From an uncultured Bacilli bacterium (GTDB lineage: Bacteria; Bacillota_I; Bacilli_A; RF39; UBA660), in contig CAKOJJ010000004.1 of NCBI GenBank assembly GCA_934089275.1, positions 6,196-70,195 of the forward strand: a DNA stretch of 64,000 nt. Reading direction: 5' to 3'. A program made the translations under genes and the position numbers. Position 1 is the stretch's first letter. Each line of letters starts with the position of its first letter. The notes below the pieces were generated by a model. The model saw only the letters and a program-made list of their open reading frames with translations. It did no database searches and was not told the origin of the DNA. Below, in pieces: positions 61,755-64,000 of this stretch.

Positions 61755-62189
61755 TTTAATTCCTTCCTTTTCATTTTACCCATCAGCCACCCATCAATTT
61801 TAGTGAATTTTGATGGGTAGAATTTTACTTTTTTAAACTGTAAGTCTTGAAAAACGTTGATTTTACAGGGTTTTATACCATCGATCTATGTGCTAATAGC
61901 CACCCCCCCTGAAGAGAACGAAAGTTCTCATTTTTGAAGTATAATTTCTTTTTTTATTTATATAAACAACCATATTTTTTATCATTTAAAGAAACAAGAA
62001 TTATTATAAAATTGTTCAATTTTTAGAAAGCCATTTTTTTACACTGTATTCCGAGTTTCTAACTTGCTTATATCTTGCTTAAATTCTATCTAAAGTACAA
62101 GATTCCATATCTATTGCTATATTTATACATATTTAAATAATGACTTTTTGCTAGAAAATTGATACAATAAATTTAGAAAGTTGGTTACT

Positions 62190-62438
62190 ATGAGAGAAAT
62201 ACAAATTAACAGAATTTATAAACATTTTAAAGGAGACTATTATTTAGTTGTTGATATTGGAACCTATTCAGAAACACTAGAAAAATGTGTTATCTATAGA
62301 AAATTGTATGAAGACGGAGCTTTATGGATTAGACCACTGAATAACTTTTTAAGTGAAGTAGATCATGAAAAATATCCAGATGTTAAACAAAAGTATAAAT
62401 TTGAACTTCAAGAAATTGAAAGTGTAGTAAAGAGGTAA
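62190..62438 (+). CDS. DUF1653-like small protein
   Basis: YKHFKGDYYLVV...VIYRKLYEDGALWIRP pattern. Family name is from memory. Confidence 0.5.
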   Translation: MREIQINRIYKHFKGDYYLVVDIGTYSETLEKCVIYRKLYEDGALWIRPLNNFLSEVDHEKYPDVKQKYKFELQEIESVVKR

Positions 62439-62441
62439 ATA

Positions 62442-62750
62442 ATGAAAACAATTACAGTATGCGGAAGTTTAAGATTTTATAAAGAAATTGTAGAAATAGC
62501 TTTAAAAATGGAATTAGAAGGGAATTGTATGTTAGTTCCAATATACAATCCGTATAATACGGATAAAGATTCATTTACTGAAGAAGAAATGAAAATGATT
62601 TCTAAAATGCATTATGAAAAAATAAAACTATCTGATGCAATTTTAGTAGTAAATGTTGATGGTTATATAGGTAGTAGTACAAGTAAAGAGATAGAATACG
62701 CTAAAGCACTTAATAAAGAAATTCTTTACTATAGTGATTTAACTAAATAA
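62442..62750 (+). CDS. hypothetical protein (possibly nucleoside 2-deoxyribosyltransferase-like fold)
   Basis: 102-aa ORF with the MKTITVCGSLRF...VVNVDGYIGSSTSKEIEYA pattern. Weak assignment. Confidence 0.35.
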   Translation: MKTITVCGSLRFYKEIVEIALKMELEGNCMLVPIYNPYNTDKDSFTEEEMKMISKMHYEKIKLSDAILVVNVDGYIGSSTSKEIEYAKALNKEILYYSDLTK

Positions 62751-62768
62751 TGAAAGAGTGAGGTTTAT

Positions 62769-63539
62769 ATGAAGAAAAAGAATATAGAAGCAATGATTTT
62801 AATAATAATTATTCTTATTTTGATTTCAATCATCTTTGTTTTAATTAAAAATAAAAATGATAATAAGCAAGAAACAAAACAAGAGACATATGTTGCATAT
62901 GTAAAAATTAATCCGCTTGTGAAACTAACATTTGATGTAAACTATGAATGCGATAAAAAAAACAAATGTAAAGCTTTAGACAATAAAATTACTAACATTG
63001 ATTTATTAAATGATGATGCTAAAAATATATATTCTAGTTTAGAATATAAGAATAAAAATTTAGAATCTTTAGTTTCAACTTTAATAGATGTAGCTGATGA
63101 AAACGGTAAAGATATTAGTAAAGTAACTATTACTTCGACTTATGAGTTTGATGAACAAGACTTAACTAAAAAGATATTAGAGAATTTAACAACAACTAAA
63201 AGAGTTGAAATAAGTTATAACTATCAAAAAACTATTGATGAAAGTAGTTTGATAGAAACAACTTCATCACCAACAACTACAACTAAAGCAACTACAGAAA
63301 AAACTACTTCTAAATGTGTAAGTAAAAAATTTAAAAAGAAATTTACTTATGCTTATAAAACACAGGAAGAATGCAAAAAACAAGGCAACAATGACTTCAA
63401 TAATATGACTGATAATGTTGATGATAGCATTTTCTCATATGGATGTGAAGCTGTTAAAGATGACTGTGGAGACACATGGTATGGAGTAGTTTTCTATAAA
63501 TGGTCAGAAGAAAAAGGAGAATATCCATATTATTACTAA
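62769..63539 (+). CDS. membrane-anchored/secreted hypothetical protein
   Basis: N-terminal TM helix, Thr-rich linker and Cys-containing C-terminal module. Confidence 0.45.
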   Translation: MKKKNIEAMILIIIILILISIIFVLIKNKNDNKQETKQETYVAYVKINPLVKLTFDVNYECDKKNKCKALDNKITNIDLLNDDAKNIYSSLEYKNKNLESLVSTLIDVADENGKDISKVTITSTYEFDEQDLTKKILENLTTTKRVEISYNYQKTIDESSLIETTSSPTTTTKATTEKTTSKCVSKKFKKKFTYAYKTQEECKKQGNNDFNNMTDNVDDSIFSYGCEAVKDDCGDTWYGVVFYKWSEEKGEYPYYY

Positions 63540-63606
63540 AATTAGCTTAATTGCTAATTTTTTTATATTTTTATGATATACTCTAAATATAAAAGGAGAA
63601 TCATAA

Positions 63607-64000
63607 ATGAAAAGTGTCGAATTAAGAAAAGAACCAAATGACAATTTTAGAAATTGGATTATAGAAGAGTGGAAGCATCACAATACAGTTGATCCATTTT
63701 ATCAATTAAAAATAATAAAACCACAGGATTTAACTTTTAATGATAATGAAAAATATTATAAAATCATATATGAGAAACAAGAAATTGGGTTTATAGGCTT
63801 AAAAGTATATGATGATGAGATTTATATATATCGTTTTCTTATTGATAAAAAATTTAGAGGAAAAGGCATTGGCACCGAAGTATTAAATTTAATAATTGAT
63901 CGCGCAAGGTATGAAAACAAAGATATTTCATTAGATGTATTTGAAAAAAATGAAGCAAAAAAATTATATGAACGAGTTGGATTTAAGAATCGTTATACAA
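63607..64000 (+). CDS. GNAT-family N-acetyltransferase (3' partial, runs off the window)
   Basis: Manual translation from the ATG at 63607 (after AAAGGAGAA) gives ...YIYRFLIDKKFRGKGIGTEVLNLIIDRA..., which is GNAT motif A. Confidence 0.6.
   Translation, partial: MKSVELRKEPNDNFRNWIIEEWKHHNTVDPFYQLKIIKPQDLTFNDNEKYYKIIYEKQEIGFIGLKVYDDEIYIYRFLIDKKFRGKGIGTEVLNLIIDRARYENKDISLDVFEKNEAKKLYERVGFKNRYT

Larger units (their letters stand above)
48396..61935. mobile_element. candidate integrated genomic (defence) island bounded by imperfect direct repeats
   Basis: The segment AATAGCC..CCCTGAAGAGA.CG..TTCTCATTTTT occurs at 48396-48440 and 61897-61935. A tyrosine integrase lies next to the left copy. Truncated phage replication genes and R-M/defence cargo lie inside. 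Confidence 0.4.

Overview
Very AT-rich Firmicute chromosome segment centred on the replication origin. Genes left of about 26.1 kb are almost all on the minus strand: dnaA-dnaN-(comK-like)-recF-gyrB-gyrA, then tadA-dnaX-ybaB-recR-bofA-holB-ricT-pth-mfd-metG-tatD-rsmA-yabG-spoVG-yabP-yabQ-divIC-tmRNA. Genes to the right are mostly on the plus strand: rpmH-rnpA-yidC-jag-mnmE-mnmG-rsmG-parB, then rpoE-prfA-prmC-spoIIR-murA-rpmE-rpiB-spoIID-recG. Synteny with the Bacillus subtilis origin region is strong. Sporulation genes together with an RpoE delta subunit and a minimal SRP RNA suggest a spore-forming Erysipelotrichia/Bacilli-like organism using the standard genetic code; this placement is inference. 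Four things stand out. (1) A 1.1-kb ORF-free tract between gyrA and the SRP RNA carries eight consensus parS palindromes, each extended into its own longer palindrome. The only ParB-family gene in the window has no parA partner and has Noc-like recognition residues. (2) From about 48.4 to 61.9 kb there is an integrase-associated island flanked by imperfect direct repeats. It carries a Dam-like methyltransferase, a four-gene operon built around a MutL/MORC-like GHKL ATPase (candidate new defence system), a Sau3AI/MutH-type GATC restriction-modification pair, and an RloC/PrrC-like anticodon-nuclease candidate. (3) Inside that island, an apparently P4-less SAM-I-like riboswitch with its own promoter and terminator sits in front of two tiny unknown ORFs, just upstream of the RloC-like gene. 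(4) Two sibling C-rich small-RNA candidates flank recG. Other supported features are the tmRNA, a Met T-box leader, a bipartite oriC with TTWTCAACA-type DnaA boxes, and several terminators. All calls come from reading the sequence and the ORF translations; no searches were run.
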